DNA of 64,000 nucleotides from an uncultured archaeon (GTDB taxonomy: Archaea; Thermoproteota; Bathyarchaeia; Bathyarchaeales; Bathycorpusculaceae), in assembly GCA_963782915.1 (NCBI GenBank), contig CAWALK010000024.1, positions 1 to 64,000 on the forward strand, read 5' to 3'. Below, in pieces: positions 8,807 to 21,096 of this stretch. The translations under genes were made by a program, and so were the position numbers. Below the pieces are notes generated by a model. That model was not told the DNA's origin, made no database searches, and saw nothing but the letters and a program-made list of their open reading frames with translations. The stretch's first letter is position 1, and each line of letters opens with the position of its first letter.

Positions 8807-9925
8807 ATGAATAAAAAACTCTTCTCAGGTATCGTTATAGCACTATTCTTTCTCTCCGTTATAATCGTTCCACAAATAGCCTATTGCCAAACAGCAACTC
8901 CGTCTGATGGAACGACAACAGAGCCAACACCCACAGAAACAGCAGGGCAAGGGAGCCCCCTGGACTTGTTACTCATCGGTGGAATCATAGCGGCAGTGGC
9001 AGTTGTTGGAGTCGTAGCTGCGTTTGTCTTAGTTAAAAAACGGAAAGTGAGTGAAAAAAGCCTAAGAAAATATTCATCCCCTAACTTCCAAGATTGGGTT
9101 ATCAAAAGATTCAATGGCAAACCAAGCGACCCATCTACAGGAATAAGTGGGTTCACCCAGGGAGGGCAACCCCTTTTGATTAAACAATCAGATGTCACCT
9201 TAGCTGAGGTGTCAGACTTTGTTAATGTATTAGCTAAGGGAAGGGCGCAGAAGGGTACGATTGTTGCTTTCAATTTTGACAAAGATACCATTGAGGGAAG
9301 AGTAGACGCTTTGGATAAGGGAATTGAGCTTCAAATGTTGCGCATAACCGAACTATTGAACAAACGCTATGCTGATAGAATAAATAAAACGGCAGGTGCA
9401 CAGGTTACCTTTGAAGCGTCTTCACAGTCGTACATAACGGAAGCTCCAGTAGCAATGGCGCAGACAGAAACATTTGAAAGAACTCCAAATCTGCATCCGA
9501 GAGAAGGCGTGAAACCTCTGATCTTCATATCCAACAGCAACACGAAGGTAACTGAACAAGTGAAGAAAATGTTAGAGTTCCTTCATTACGACTATGTTAT
9601 GGGTGACAAAGAAGAAACAGCCGTGCCAATTTCAGACAGCAAATTTGGGTTAATGAAAGGCTGCGATTGCGCAATAATAAACATCGCTGCAGCTGAACAA
9701 GAACGAAGATACAGCGGAATCTACATCCTTAACCCAAATGTCCTCTCAGAAATCGATGCAGCATACCTAAAATATAACACTCAGGTTGTTTTGCTGGTTG
9801 AGAAAAAAGTGGATTTGCCCGCAAATCTTAAGGGTCTAAAAAGAATCGACTACGACAGTGATGATCTGTCTTTTAATGCTGCGATGGATTTGGAGAAGGC
9901 GTTGGCGGACTTTAAGAAATTTTGA
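8807..9925 (+). CDS. membrane-anchored protein with Mrr-like nuclease fold and C-terminal TIR-like (CAP12-type) domain
   Basis: Signal peptide, T/P linker, TM + KKRK, FQDWVI..KQS..KGTIVAFNF, then IFISN..CDCAII..NVLSEI..LLVEK.V.LP.NL.GL. Confidence 0.7.
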   Translation: MNKKLFSGIVIALFFLSVIIVPQIAYCQTATPSDGTTTEPTPTETAGQGSPLDLLLIGGIIAAVAVVGVVAAFVLVKKRKVSEKSLRKYSSPNFQDWVIKRFNGKPSDPSTGISGFTQGGQPLLIKQSDVTLAEVSDFVNVLAKGRAQKGTIVAFNFDKDTIEGRVDALDKGIELQMLRITELLNKRYADRINKTAGAQVTFEASSQSYITEAPVAMAQTETFERTPNLHPREGVKPLIFISNSNTKVTEQVKKMLEFLHYDYVMGDKEETAVPISDSKFGLMKGCDCAIINIAAAEQERRYSGIYILNPNVLSEIDAAYLKYNTQVVLLVEKKVDLPANLKGLKRIDYDSDDLSFNAAMDLEKALADFKKF

Positions 9926-9961
9926 TATCGAGTTATCTAAAGCAAGTTTTTGGCTTTTTGA

Positions 9962-9986
9962 GGGGGTTCGAATCCCACCCTCCACA
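9962..9986 (+). other. tRNA 3'-end fragment (T-arm + acceptor strand, Leu-like), att-like remnant
   Basis: GGGGG-TTCGAAT-CCCAC-CCTCCAC-A; no 5' half adjacent. Confidence 0.6.
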
Positions 9987-10052
9987 ACTTAACTTCCAAG
10001 CAATAAAAAAGTAACAACATACTTTTATAGCAACTTTTCATACATCCCATCT

Positions 10053-12001
10053 ATGCCACACTTACGCCGAGTTGCCATAATTACTACCGTTCTGGTTCTT
10101 GCTGTGGCAGTCTTGCTATCCTCGTTCTACATCTCACAACTTACCCAGCCCCCAGCCCCCGTCAGCGCCTCTGATTTGGCAGCCCTCACCTACTACACTG
10201 AACAGTACCCTCCATACAACTATCAAGAAAACGGTACACTCAAAGGCGTCTCCGTTGATTTGCTGGGGGCAATCACAGAGAAAATGGGCTACAAAGCAAC
10301 ACCAGAGCAAGTGCATTTGGCTCCTTGGACAGAAGGCTACCAAGCAACATTAACCCAGAATAGCACTGTGCTTTTTTCTACTGTACGATTGCCTGAACGA
10401 GAAGCGTCTTTCAAATGGGTTGGTCCAATCGCCACCTACAAGTATGTGCTTTTTACTGGATGGGATAAAGCGATTAGTATCAATAGCACCGCGGATTTGG
10501 GGAATTATCGAATCGGAGTAATCGCCGATGACGCCGCTATTCCACAACTTATAGCAGTCGGTGTGGACAGAAGCCAATTAGTGGAGGAAACAAACGCAAC
10601 AGCTCTTATCGGAAAACTTGCGCATGGCGACATAGACCTATGGTGTTATCCCGAAGAAGTCGGCAGATTCCTCACCGAAGAGATAACAGGCAATTACTAC
10701 TCGTTCAACGTCGTTTACAGACTAGAAAACATTGACTTATACTATGCATTCAGCAAAGATATTACCCGATTCAACAGTGAACGCTTTCCAGCGGGCGCTT
10801 GATACCCTCAAAACAGAAAAAGACGCCACAGGATTTAGCACATATGACATGATTTTGGGGCAGTATATCCCAGCCATCGGGTTTGCCCATCTAAACTACT
10901 TGACTGAGGAATGGGCACCCTTCAACTATGCGAAAGACGGAACAGCAGGAGGCATCTCTGTTGAAATCTTGGAATCGATTTTTCGCCACTCAGGGGTAGA
11001 CCGTTCTGCCTCAGATGTCAAGATTGTTCCCCTTTCAGAGGGCTTCCAGCAGGCACAAAAAAACAGCAGCACCGTTCTCTTCTCCATCGTCCGCACGGCA
11101 GCACGTGAACCATACTACAAATGGGTTGGACCATTTACTAAAGCCAGCTTCGTTGTCTATTCAGCAGCCAATAGTAACATAACCATTGCCTCAGAGGCGG
11201 ATTTGAATAAGTACCGCATAGGCACTGTGAACGGCACCATAGAATATGATATGTTGATTGGCAAGAACGTAAAGGCATCCAATATTGTTGTGGGGTCAAT
11301 CCGACGGAGCTTCTGCAGATGCTAAGAGACGGCGGAATCGATTTGTGGGCTACTGGAGATTTTACGGGCATTATGAGATTAATATGGCAGGATTGGACAC
11401 AAAGGATTACAGCATTGTTTACAGCTTGGGTGAAAAAGAGTTCTACTTCATCTTCAGCAAAGATGTCCCCGATTTAGTAGTGGACGCGTTTGGGCATGCA
11501 CTTGAGACAGTTCGGAACCAGAAGGATGCACAGGGATTCAGCGAGTACGAGCGGATTATCTACCGCAACTTGGGAGTTAGCTATGCCCAGCCAAAATTCA
11601 CCAATGAAGCGGTGATGGCTCTTGTGGATAAAACCGCAGCTGCCATTGAGAAAAATGCAACAGACGCTTTCCTCCACATCAACGCTGGCGACTCACCTTA
11701 CAAAGACCCACAGAAACCAGGGCTCTACAGTTTTGTTTACGATACAAACGTGACTATGGTTGCCCATGCAGACAATATCTTGCTTGTAGGAGTCAATTTC
11801 AAGGGAAAAACCGATGTTACAGGTCAACCTTTCCGCGACTACATCATTGCAGGAGCATTAGAAAACCAGACGGGATGGGTTGATTATGTCTATAGTAATT
11901 CTGCCCAAACAAACCTGTACTATAAGACCACGTATTATCGGCTGGTTGTTGGTAGCGATGGGAACCGATATGTTGTGTGTAGTGGCAACTTCAAGAGTTA
12001 A
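10053..12001 (+). CDS. membrane-anchored double family-3 solute-binding domain + Cache domain protein (2 frameshifts)
   Basis: TEQYPPYNY / TEEWAPFNY, R..FKWVGP repeats; C-terminal YSFVYD..MVAH..GWVDY..K Cache-like; ORFs 10053-10802, 10732-11325 and 11285-12001 are collinear. Confidence 0.8.
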
Positions 12002-12085
12002 CGGTCCTCAATTCGTATTATGCCAACATTCTATTTCGGGTTTGTAACACAAATCCTAAAAGCAAGTCAGACAAATTTTTAAGCC

Positions 12086-12977
12086 ATGCAGAAAAGAAGC
12101 GTCGCTTTAGTAGCCCTATTCGGCGGCATAGCCATATTCCTAGTAAAACTATTAGCTTATTTTGTTTCTAACTCGGTGGCTTTACTCTCCGATGCACTTG
12201 AATCAATCGTTAACATTTTAGCTTCAGGGCTTATGCTATTTTCTGTTTGGCTATCCGCAAAACCCGCAGACGACAGCCATAATTATGGGCATCAAAAAGT
12301 CGAAGACATCTCCAGCATGCTAGAAGGCATCTTGATAATAATTGCAGCATTACTAATCGTGAACGCTGGAATAGGCAGACTGTTCTCTGAGGTTTTACCT
12401 ATCGAGATAAACCTAGCAATCGGCATCTCAATGATTGCCACAGCCATGAATGGAGGCATATCTTGGTACCTTGGTCGAGCGGCAAAAAAAAGTGGGTCAG
12501 CTGCCCTCGAAGGCGACGCTAAGCACCTACTATCAGATGTAATCTCTACAATAGGGGTCTGGATAGGTCTTTTCATTGTAGGCTTGACAGGTTGGGGCAT
12601 CATTGACCCTATTATGGCATTCATAGTTGCAGCTTTAATCGCCCGTATGGGCTTAGGTTTAGTTATAAAGTCCTCTTCAAGGCTGATGGATAACTCCTGC
12701 AAAGCTGAAGAAGCAAAAATACGTGAAATACTACTGCGACACAAATACCAATTCTTTGACTTTCCACGAATTAAAAACTCGAAGAAATGGCAATTTAGTT
12801 TTCTGTGAACTACATCTTTCGGTTGATGGTTCATTGAGTGTAGCTGAAGCGCACGAGTTAACTGATCACCTAGAGAACGAACTCAAAGAAGAATTACCTA
12901 ATGCAAACATGACTATCCATGTTGAGCCAAAACCAAATAATTCCCAAAAGCAACCCAACGTCCGAAAGGAAACATAA
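12086..12977 (+). CDS. cation diffusion facilitator (FieF-like) transporter (1 frameshift)
   Basis: SVALLSDALES, KPAD..H.YGH.K, DAKHLLSD, C-terminal IHVEP. Confidence 0.9.
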
Positions 12978-12992
12978 ACGTAATTTCGGTTG

Positions 12993-13430
12993 TTACGGGA
13001 CGACTACAACTGGAAATTTTGCCTTATGAATAATTCTTTCGCTTGTAGTACCCGTGAATGATTCACGCAGATTACTCTGTCCGCTGTGACCAATAACTGT
13101 AATATCAAAGTTTTTTGCGGTATCAATTATTTCGTTCACGGGATTTCCAGCCCTTACTATAGATGAAATCGTCAAGTTAGGCTTATTACCTTTAATATTA
13201 TCGACTATGTTAGCTATTTTCTTCTCACTTATTTTCTGCATATTAGTCAAATAGTTTTCTCCATAAACAACCGCTACTTCAGCGCCAGACATCCCGAATG
13301 GAATTTTGTTTTGATAGATGTTTATGATAGTAATAGATGCGCCCAATTTTTCTGCTAAATCTACAGCAAAATCTATCGCTCTATTTGCGTTTTCGGAAAA
13401 GTCAGTTGCGACTAATATTTTGTTGGTCAA
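12993..13430 (-). CDS. universal stress protein
   Basis: KILVATDFSE..G..G..GTTSERII..PVVVV. Confidence 0.9.
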   Translation of the reverse strand: MTNKILVATDFSENANRAIDFAVDLAEKLGASITIINIYQNKIPFGMSGAEVAVVYGENYLTNMQKISEKKIANIVDNIKGNKPNLTISSIVRAGNPVNEIIDTAKNFDITVIGHSGQSNLRESFTGTTSERIIHKAKFPVVVVP

Positions 13431-13589
13431 AAAATCATCTGGATGAATAGGAAGTTATGAATTTAATAAATTTTTTCTAATGTGCAATGTTGTGATAGAT
13501 ATTTATTTCTTAAAAAAAGAAAACACTCGGATAAGCAGTTTAACAAAGGATTCCAAAAAAAGGGGAAAAGGGATTTTTGTTTGCGCTGC

Positions 13590-16245
13590 TTATCGTCTTC
13601 GAATCATCAACGCCAGCACTGCGCCAACGATGATGATGACAATGATGATGGCTATGATTCCGGGTAGGAGATACTGGTCAACTGTCGATGTACCAGTTCC
13701 GGATGTTGCGGTAGGTGATGCGGCTGCTTGAGTTACGCCGATGGCTGTTTGTGCAAATGAGCTATAGTATGCGTGAGAGCCCTCGAATGTAGCATATACT
13801 GTGTATTTGCCAGTGATGTCTGGTGTCCATTCGAAGCTGAAGAATCCGTTTGCGTCAGCTGTTGTTGTACCGACTGTTCTGTAATTGCCGTTAGCGTCGA
13901 TGACGGAGATTGTTACAGGTACTCCGGTTGCATTAGTTGGGCGCTCAAATTGTTTGTAGACGTAGAGCATCCATTGGCTTTGGCTTTCATCAGATACTGC
14001 TGGGACACCGTTGGGGAAGCGTAGTTTTATTGATGTGTCTGCTGTGCCAGGAGAAGTATCAGTAACGTAACCAGTAATCATTACGCCACCATTCAACGCT
14101 GAAACTCCCGGTGTCGCTGTTATACTGGTTTGCGTTGCACCTTTGCCTATCGCATAGACCTGTAGATCATAAGTATCCAGAGTGGCGATGATGCTGTCAC
14201 CGATAATACCGTTACCACCCCAACGGGTTTCACGGAACATACCGTTGACACGGAAGATTTCTGCGCCAGTCGTTGCGTTAACACAAGCATATGGTCCGCC
14301 TCTTGGAATTGGGTTGTTAGCTGAGTGTTCTAAGTGTGCCGATGTAGATTTTGCCTGCTGCGATTAGGTCTATCCAGCCCCACCAGTTCTCGCCTGTGAC
14401 GGGTTCATTGTATGCGTCGGTTAAGTTGTAGGTCCATGAAACATTTCCGTTTGAAAGGTCATAGGCATACAAGATACCGGCTAAACCAACTGAGTAGAGT
14501 TTGCCATAAGCAAAGTACCAAGTGTGTTCAGCATTACCCCAACCGTACAAATCTAAGTAGTTCTCGGAAGCGGTAGCCCATAGATAAGACCCATCGACAA
14601 CGCTGAAGCCATAGTGGGTTGTTAGCTCTTTGTCGAATACTGCCATGACACCGTTACCGTATGTCGTATCATTAACGTAGTTAGTTGCGCCTGTGTAGTG
14701 GATTGTATTTGAGCCTGCGAGCCATTCAGCTGGTGCTGCCCAAACTTTGTCGTAGATTGGTGTTAATGATTGTGTGTTATTGCTTGCGGTGCGGGTTGTA
14801 GTTATGGAGTTAAGTGGTAGTGCCCATATGCGTACCATTGATTGGTTGTAATCCATGCCGACGATTCGGTTATTTGCATAGACTTTGATGGATGGTGAAC
14901 CTAATTCGGTTTTAACGGCTAAGTTTTTGGGTATGGTTACGTTCCATGAGTAGCATTTAGCTAGTGATCCGTTCAGAGCTCTTACTGTTGGGAAAGCTGA
15001 GTTTACTTGTTGACCAATCGGATTTGTTGGATTAGCAATGCTAACACCACTGCCGTTTAAGCCAAGTACACCGAAAGACCAACTGCCATAGGATGGTTGA
15101 CCAATGACGTCATTTTGTTGTCCTGCAAGTGTTGAGTTCCAAAGTGCCATCCAGCCGTTAACGTAGTCGATTTGGTAGATCAGAAATTCACCGCTTGGAC
15201 CATAGACTCTGACGCCGGAGGGGACATTGTAGTACATGTACTGGAATGAGCCATCAACAGGGCTGTATGCTGTGTAGTTGCTGCCAGTTACTGACCAGAG
15301 ATAATTGAATACACCGTTTACGTTGTAGCTGGCAAAGAACAAACTTTGGCCGAATGCCAACTGGGTGTTGTTAAGGTAGAAGAGTTTTTCACCGGTGTGT
15401 AGATCAATTGCTTGGATTCCGGGTATTCCTACCGTGGAGTATGTGCCCGCGGGTTGTGCGTTGTAGTATAGTACGCCGTTGAGGATTACTGCGCTTGAGA
15501 ATTTGCCTTCATATGCATCTCCTGCATACATTGCCGCTGGAACGCTGTCAGCATATAAGCCACCTGCCAATCCACCTGACGTATAGGGTTGAGCCCATAT
15601 AACGTGTGCAGTGTCTGGTGCATTGTCTTGGTATAGTGCTAAGGAGTTGTCTGGTCTTGCTACCCAGTTACCTGAGATGCTGTACCATTCTCTGAGCTGT
15701 GGGTCGATTGGACGACTCCAATATTCAGTTGGAAGAGAATGACTGGGGTATTGCGATTTTGTTGGTTCTTGGGTTACAACCAATGCGCTTGATTTGTTGC
15801 TTGGTAGCAGTATTGTGCCGGCTGTGATAGTTATGCCTCTTTCTGAGTCAAGGAACGTAATTGGGAAGGTTTGCTGTGGAACGTTTGTTGTTAAATTGTA
15901 GGTTCCTACTTGATCTGGCGTAAATGAAGTGTATGTCGAACCGGTTGAGTCAGTTGTGAATGGACCGAGGGTTTCAGTTGTACCATCTGGTTTTACGACA
16001 GTAATGGTGATACCTGACCAGCCATACGATGCTGAAGGCGCTGCCTGTGTAATACCAACTTTGAGCAGTGTTGACTCCCCAAGACCGATTGGATTGGGGA
16101 TAGAATCAGAAATTGCATAAGTCTGCATAGTTACTACTGCCTGTGCAGGTTGTATAGGTATAGATATAGCGATTGAAGAGGATACGAAAACTAATAGCAG
16201 AAGTATCGTAATTGCATATTTAGATTTTTGTTTTAAAAGTTGCAT
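13590..16245 (-). CDS. secreted PQQ-like beta-propeller surface protein, paralog 1 (1 frameshift near 14330)
   Basis: Signal peptide, LPTEYWSRPI, A.DL.TGE repeats, RFPNGVPAVSDESQSQWMLYVYKQ, C-terminal TM + RRR. Confidence 0.85.
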
Positions 16246-16275
16246 TTTTTGTTTTTTCCTTTCCTTTGTTTTTTA

Positions 16276-16383
16276 TTTGGGCAAGAAAGCGAAGAAAATG
16301 CTAGTCTGATTGAATAGCAAAACTAGAATTCTTTTGGGCTTGCTTGCCCAATAGATATAATTATCAACTTTCCCATTTATAAC
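16276..16383 (-). promoter_or_regulatory. TATA box plus 5'-UTR stem-loop of PQQ-like paralog 1
   Basis: TTATAAAT on minus strand (~16375-82); TTGGGCAAG/CTTGCCCAA stem (16277-16351); A-rich leader. Confidence 0.5.
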
Positions 16384-16664
16384 AGTTACTAAAATAGCAC
16401 ATTACTTTGCTTATCAAATAAAATAGCGGTAAAATATTAGAAAAGCGATAAAATCAGGCGTTCCTGTCAAGATTGATAAGGAGAAAAAAATGTTTTTACA
16501 ATTAGCTACCTTATTCTTTCATTTTTTGGATAAAAGTTTCCGTTTCAAAACCAGCGTGTTCTGAGTTGAGTTTCGGAAGAGTTTTGCTGGTTTCAAACAT
16601 ACGCCCGTTTAAGAGAACGGTTTTGGGAAAACAACTAAATAGTTGAAGAGTTCAATTTAGAGCC

Positions 16665-17351
16665 ATGACCTACATAAAGAAAAGCCACACTAAACTCTAT
16701 CTTGCAATCTTACTCATAGCAATAATCATTGTAGCTACCGGCGCAGTCGTCTATAGCACACTCTCAACTAAACAAGTTAAAGTAGGCGTAAATGTAGGCG
16801 ATACTTTCACCTATAGCATCAAAGGCATAGTAACCTTAACGGGACTTGACGCAACAATGTCTCCCGGCTTCGAAATCTTCAATCAGACTGACTACTACAA
16901 AGTTAGCATAACTGGGGTTAACAATACCCAAGTTTCTATGGATGTCGCTTGGAAATTCCTAAATGGAACAGAAATCACAACACCTCAAACTATCGATATT
17001 GCTACCGGAAATAAAACTACAGAATCCGGTTTCTGGGCTATTTATCCAGCTGACTTAAACATCGCCGATTTACTCCGACCTAAGGGTTTCGACGGAACAA
17101 TTGTTAACAATACATACACGGCCAAGTACTCCAGTGGAGACAGAAGTACATGCTTCTGGAAGATCGACAACGAATTCTACAATTACCAAGACCCTACACG
17201 GAGCACGCTTATGTACGATTACCGCAACATAGACTTTGACAGAGCCACAGGCATGTTGACTGCAATGAGCTGGTACCAATTCTTCAATAACCCAGAGAAG
17301 ACAGAGCAAATCGTCTACAAACTAGTAGATACATCGGTTTGGCAAATATAA
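16665..17351 (+). CDS. membrane-anchored hypothetical protein
   Basis: N-terminal TM, GV.VGD.F.Y motif, D..TG.L, many N-x-S/T sites. Confidence 0.75.
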   Translation: MTYIKKSHTKLYLAILLIAIIIVATGAVVYSTLSTKQVKVGVNVGDTFTYSIKGIVTLTGLDATMSPGFEIFNQTDYYKVSITGVNNTQVSMDVAWKFLNGTEITTPQTIDIATGNKTTESGFWAIYPADLNIADLLRPKGFDGTIVNNTYTAKYSSGDRSTCFWKIDNEFYNYQDPTRSTLMYDYRNIDFDRATGMLTAMSWYQFFNNPEKTEQIVYKLVDTSVWQI

Positions 17352-17526
17352 AAAACCACATCAATTACCCCTCTCTCTTTACTTAACCAAACATATTAGC
17401 ATAAAAATTGATTATTTTAACGCAAGAATTCAGGCAAATAAAAACTATTTTAAGTTTAAATTTTAATTTTTTGCATAGGGCAAGTATTTATAGCAATTTT
17501 TCTAAGAACTTAATAGGTGTTTTTTG

Positions 17527-17754
17527 ATGGAAAATAAAAATATGGCAATGAGTAAAGCTTCTGAATCGATGCAACGAACCGCTGAAACAATGGGTGACAC
17601 AATAGTTGCAGTGCTAGACAGACTTGCCGGTACACAATCAGATGTGAAACTAAGTTTCGAAGAGCTCACCCTCGACACAGGCGTTGTGAAAGCAACAATC
17701 AACGGCGCAATCGTTCTAGACGTTATTATGGCAAAGAAAGCACAAAGCGCCTAA
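17527..17754 (+). CDS. hypothetical protein
   Basis: ATG after AGGTG; co-oriented with the next gene. Confidence 0.7.
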   Translation: MENKNMAMSKASESMQRTAETMGDTIVAVLDRLAGTQSDVKLSFEELTLDTGVVKATINGAIVLDVIMAKKAQSA

Positions 17755-17777
17755 ACCCCCCTTTAAGGCGAACTACA

Positions 17778-18197
17778 GTGGAATTAACCACTTTGCTAGT
17801 TGAAACTATCAAATCGGGAAAAATCATCATCAGCCAAAACGAAAAAGAAGCCGTGGAAGTAAACGTTGCAGACAAGAAAATTGATGCAAACGTCAAGGAC
17901 AAGGAATTCATAAAAGAGATTGTTTCTAGCGCGCGTAAATCATCTACTAAGAAAGGTGTAGGCGAAAGCATTCACCGAGGTGTCGACACATTAAGAGAAG
18001 CCCGAAAGTCACAGCCGCTTGTAAAAGAGATAGTTGAAGACCTCTGCCGCGAAGGCGTAACCATAACGGTTTCCTATAAGGGCGACAGAGTCGTCACAGT
18101 GGGTTCCGAAGCGAACTCTAAGCTAACACGTTTAGTTACGGGAACAAAAGGGATTGAAATTAATAGTCCACGGAAACTGGCAGAAATGGGGATTTAA
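17778..18197 (+). CDS. hypothetical protein
   Basis: 139-aa ORF with normal composition. Confidence 0.7.
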   Translation: MELTTLLVETIKSGKIIISQNEKEAVEVNVADKKIDANVKDKEFIKEIVSSARKSSTKKGVGESIHRGVDTLREARKSQPLVKEIVEDLCREGVTITVSYKGDRVVTVGSEANSKLTRLVTGTKGIEINSPRKLAEMGI

Positions 18198-18238
18198 GAG
18201 CACAAACAACTAGGCCTGTGCGCGATAACCCAATTTTT

Positions 18239-20169
18239 CTATTTTTTGTTTTGTTTGGATTTTATGAGGGCTAATTTTCCGCCTGCAAGTACCTGCTGTT
18301 TTTCTATGCTGCTTAGGTTTAAGTTAACGTTGATTTTTGTACCCTTAGTCTTGTTTACGATGACTAAATTTTCCTTCAAGTCATCAACCTCAAGGTCTAA
18401 AGCATCCCCCATTTCTATGGCATCATAGTCTTTCTTGTCAGCAAAAGTCAAGGGTAATATACCGAAGTTAACGAGGTTAGCCATGTGTATTCTTGCAAAG
18501 GATTTAGCAACGATAGCTTTCACGCCCAAGATATTTGGGTGCGAGCGCTGCATGTTCTCTGCTGCTGCCTTGTCCATAGTTTTCGCCGCCAATTATGAAT
18601 CCGCCGCCCTTCTCTAAGGCTCTGCCTGCAAAGGTTTTGTCAACATGGCAGAAGGTGTAGGTGCTGATTTCTGGGATGTTACTGCGTAAGGACATGATTT
18701 CGCTGCCGCCGGGTATGATGTCGTCGGTGGTGATGTTGTCGCCTGTTTTTAGGAGGACGTCGCCTGAGAGTTTCTCGGGTAGGGGCGAGAATGTTGGTAG
18801 AGGTTTAATGTTTGGCCCCATAACGATTTTCTCTGATGCGCAGAAGCTTGGTTGAATAAACATCGCATCGCTTAACAGGAATTTGTCTGGCATCTGGATT
18901 TGGGGGAATTTGCCGAGTTTGCGTGGATCAGTAATTTTGCCGTTTAATGCTGCAGCAACTGCGGTTTCGGGGCTGACCAGATACACTTTTGCGTCTTGTG
19001 TTCCGCTTCGGCCTTTGAAGTTACGGTTGAAAGTTCTTAGTGATACGGCTTCTGTTGTTGGGGCTTGCCCGATGCCGATGCAGGGTCCACAAGAGTTCTC
19101 CAGGATTCTTGCGCCTGACTGGATGAATGGTTCCAGTTCGCCTGCAGCAGCCAAATTCGCCATGGCTTGACGTGAACCCGCTGATATGGTTAGGCTGGTG
19201 TTTTCATGGACTTTTTTGCCTTTGAGTAGTGCGGAGACGATTTTTAGGTCTCGCAGTGATGAGTTGGTGCAGCTGCCGATGCAGACTTGGTCGACTGGGG
19301 TGCCTTCGAGTTCCCATACGGTTTTGATGTTGTCTGGGCTGTGTGGCAACGCGATTAGGGGTTCGAGTTTTGAGAGGTCGATTTCGATTGTTTCGTCGTA
19401 TGTTGCGTCTTCGTCTGCTTTGAGTTCAACCCATTGCTCCACGCGTCCCTGAGCTGCAAAGAAAGCTTTGGTGATTTCGTCTGAGGGGAAAATGGAGGTG
19501 GTTGCGCCTGTTTCAGCGCCCATGTTGGTGATGGTTCCTCGTTCGGGTACGCTGAGGGTTTCTACGCCTGGGCCATAAGTATTCGAGGATTTTGTTTACT
19601 CCGCCTTTAACTGTTAAGATTTTGAGGACTTGGAGTATGACGTCTTTGGCGGATACGAAGGGTTGGAGTTTACCAGTTAGTTTTATGCCGACGATTTTGG
19701 GCATTTCAAGGTAGAATGGTTCTCCCGCCATGGCTGCTGCAACGTCTAAGCCTCCTGCGCCGATGGCGATTACGCCTGCTCCTCCTGCGGTTGGGGTGTG
19801 GCTGTCGCTGCCCAGTAGTGTGTAGCCGGGTCTGGCGAAGCGTTCAAGGAAGAGTTGGTGGCAGATGCCGTTGCCGGGTCTGCTAAAGATGACGCCGTAT
19901 TTAGCTGCGACGCCTTGGAGGTAGCGGTGGTCGTCTGCGTTGCGGAAATCGTTTTGGAGCATGTTGTGGTCGACGAAGCTGACGCTTAGTTGGGTTTTGA
20001 CTTTGGGGATGCCCATGGCTTCGAATTCTAAGTAGGCCATGGTGCCTGTGGAGTCCTGTGTTAGGGTGTGGTCGATTTTTAGGGCGATTTCTTGGCCTGC
20101 AACCATTTTACCTTCAACTATGTGCTTTGCGATTACTTTTTGGGCTATCGTCTGCTTAACCATGCTCAT
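18239..20169 (-). CDS. aconitate hydratase (2 frameshifts)
   Basis: [55 protein letters not shown]. Confidence 0.92.
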
Positions 20170-20320
20170 TCTTCCTCTTTTTGGGTGAGTTTGATTGTTG
20201 TTATACGCCAAATTGGATGGTGGCAAATTTTAAGTTTCTTATACTGTGTTGAAGGTTTAAAAGCTAATTTGCCAATAAAACAGAACCAGTGTCACCATAA
20301 TTGCCAAGAGGTATGCCCGA

Positions 20321-21089
20321 TTGTCGTTTAAAGGAAAAATGCAGGAAGCAGCAAAAAGCAAAAACTCACCCCTCGTCTTAGCACTTGACTTTCCGTTTGA
20401 ACCCGCCGAAAACCGCAACAACGTCCTAATCAAGGCACAGAAAATCCTCAAAGCCGTCCACCCCTACATCTGCTGCGGTAAAAATCAACCACCACCTCAC
20501 ATTGCCACTGGGCACCTTCGATGGCGTCCAGTTCCTCGTGGAACAAATCCGTGGACAAGGATTACTTGCGATTATGGATGCTAAAGTAAACGACATAGGA
20601 GCCACCAACCAAGTTATAGCCGAATACTACTTTGCAGCGGGTTTCGATGCTATCATCGCTAACCCGTTTGTCGGCTGGGAAGAAGGCATGAAGCCACTAT
20701 TCGACGTTTCTAAAAGACTCAACAGAGGCGTTATCTTACTGACTTATATGAGCCATAAAGGAGCAGCGGAGGGTTATGGCCAAATCATAGTTGACCCCTT
20801 CACTGGCGAACAGATTCCTCAATACGTGTCTTTCGCAAGGAAAGCTGTGCAGTGGGGTGCTGACGGAGTTGTTGTAGGTGCGACTCGTCCTGAGAAAATC
20901 GCTGAAGTTAAGCAGATTCTGGGGGATAAAGCAGCCATATATTCGCCTGGTGTTGGTGTTCAGGGTGGCAGTGCAGACGCTGCTATTAGAGCAGGCTCAG
21001 ATTACTTGATTGTTGGTAGAGAAATAACTATGGCCACTGATCCAGCGGAAGCTGCTCAGAAGCTGCTTTATTCAATAAAGAGAGTTTAG
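20321..21089 (+). CDS. pyrF: orotidine-5'-phosphate decarboxylase (1 frameshift)
   Basis: LVLALD, DAKVNDIGAT, SPGVGVQGG, LIVGR. Confidence 0.92.
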
Positions 21090-21096
21090 GGCGGTT

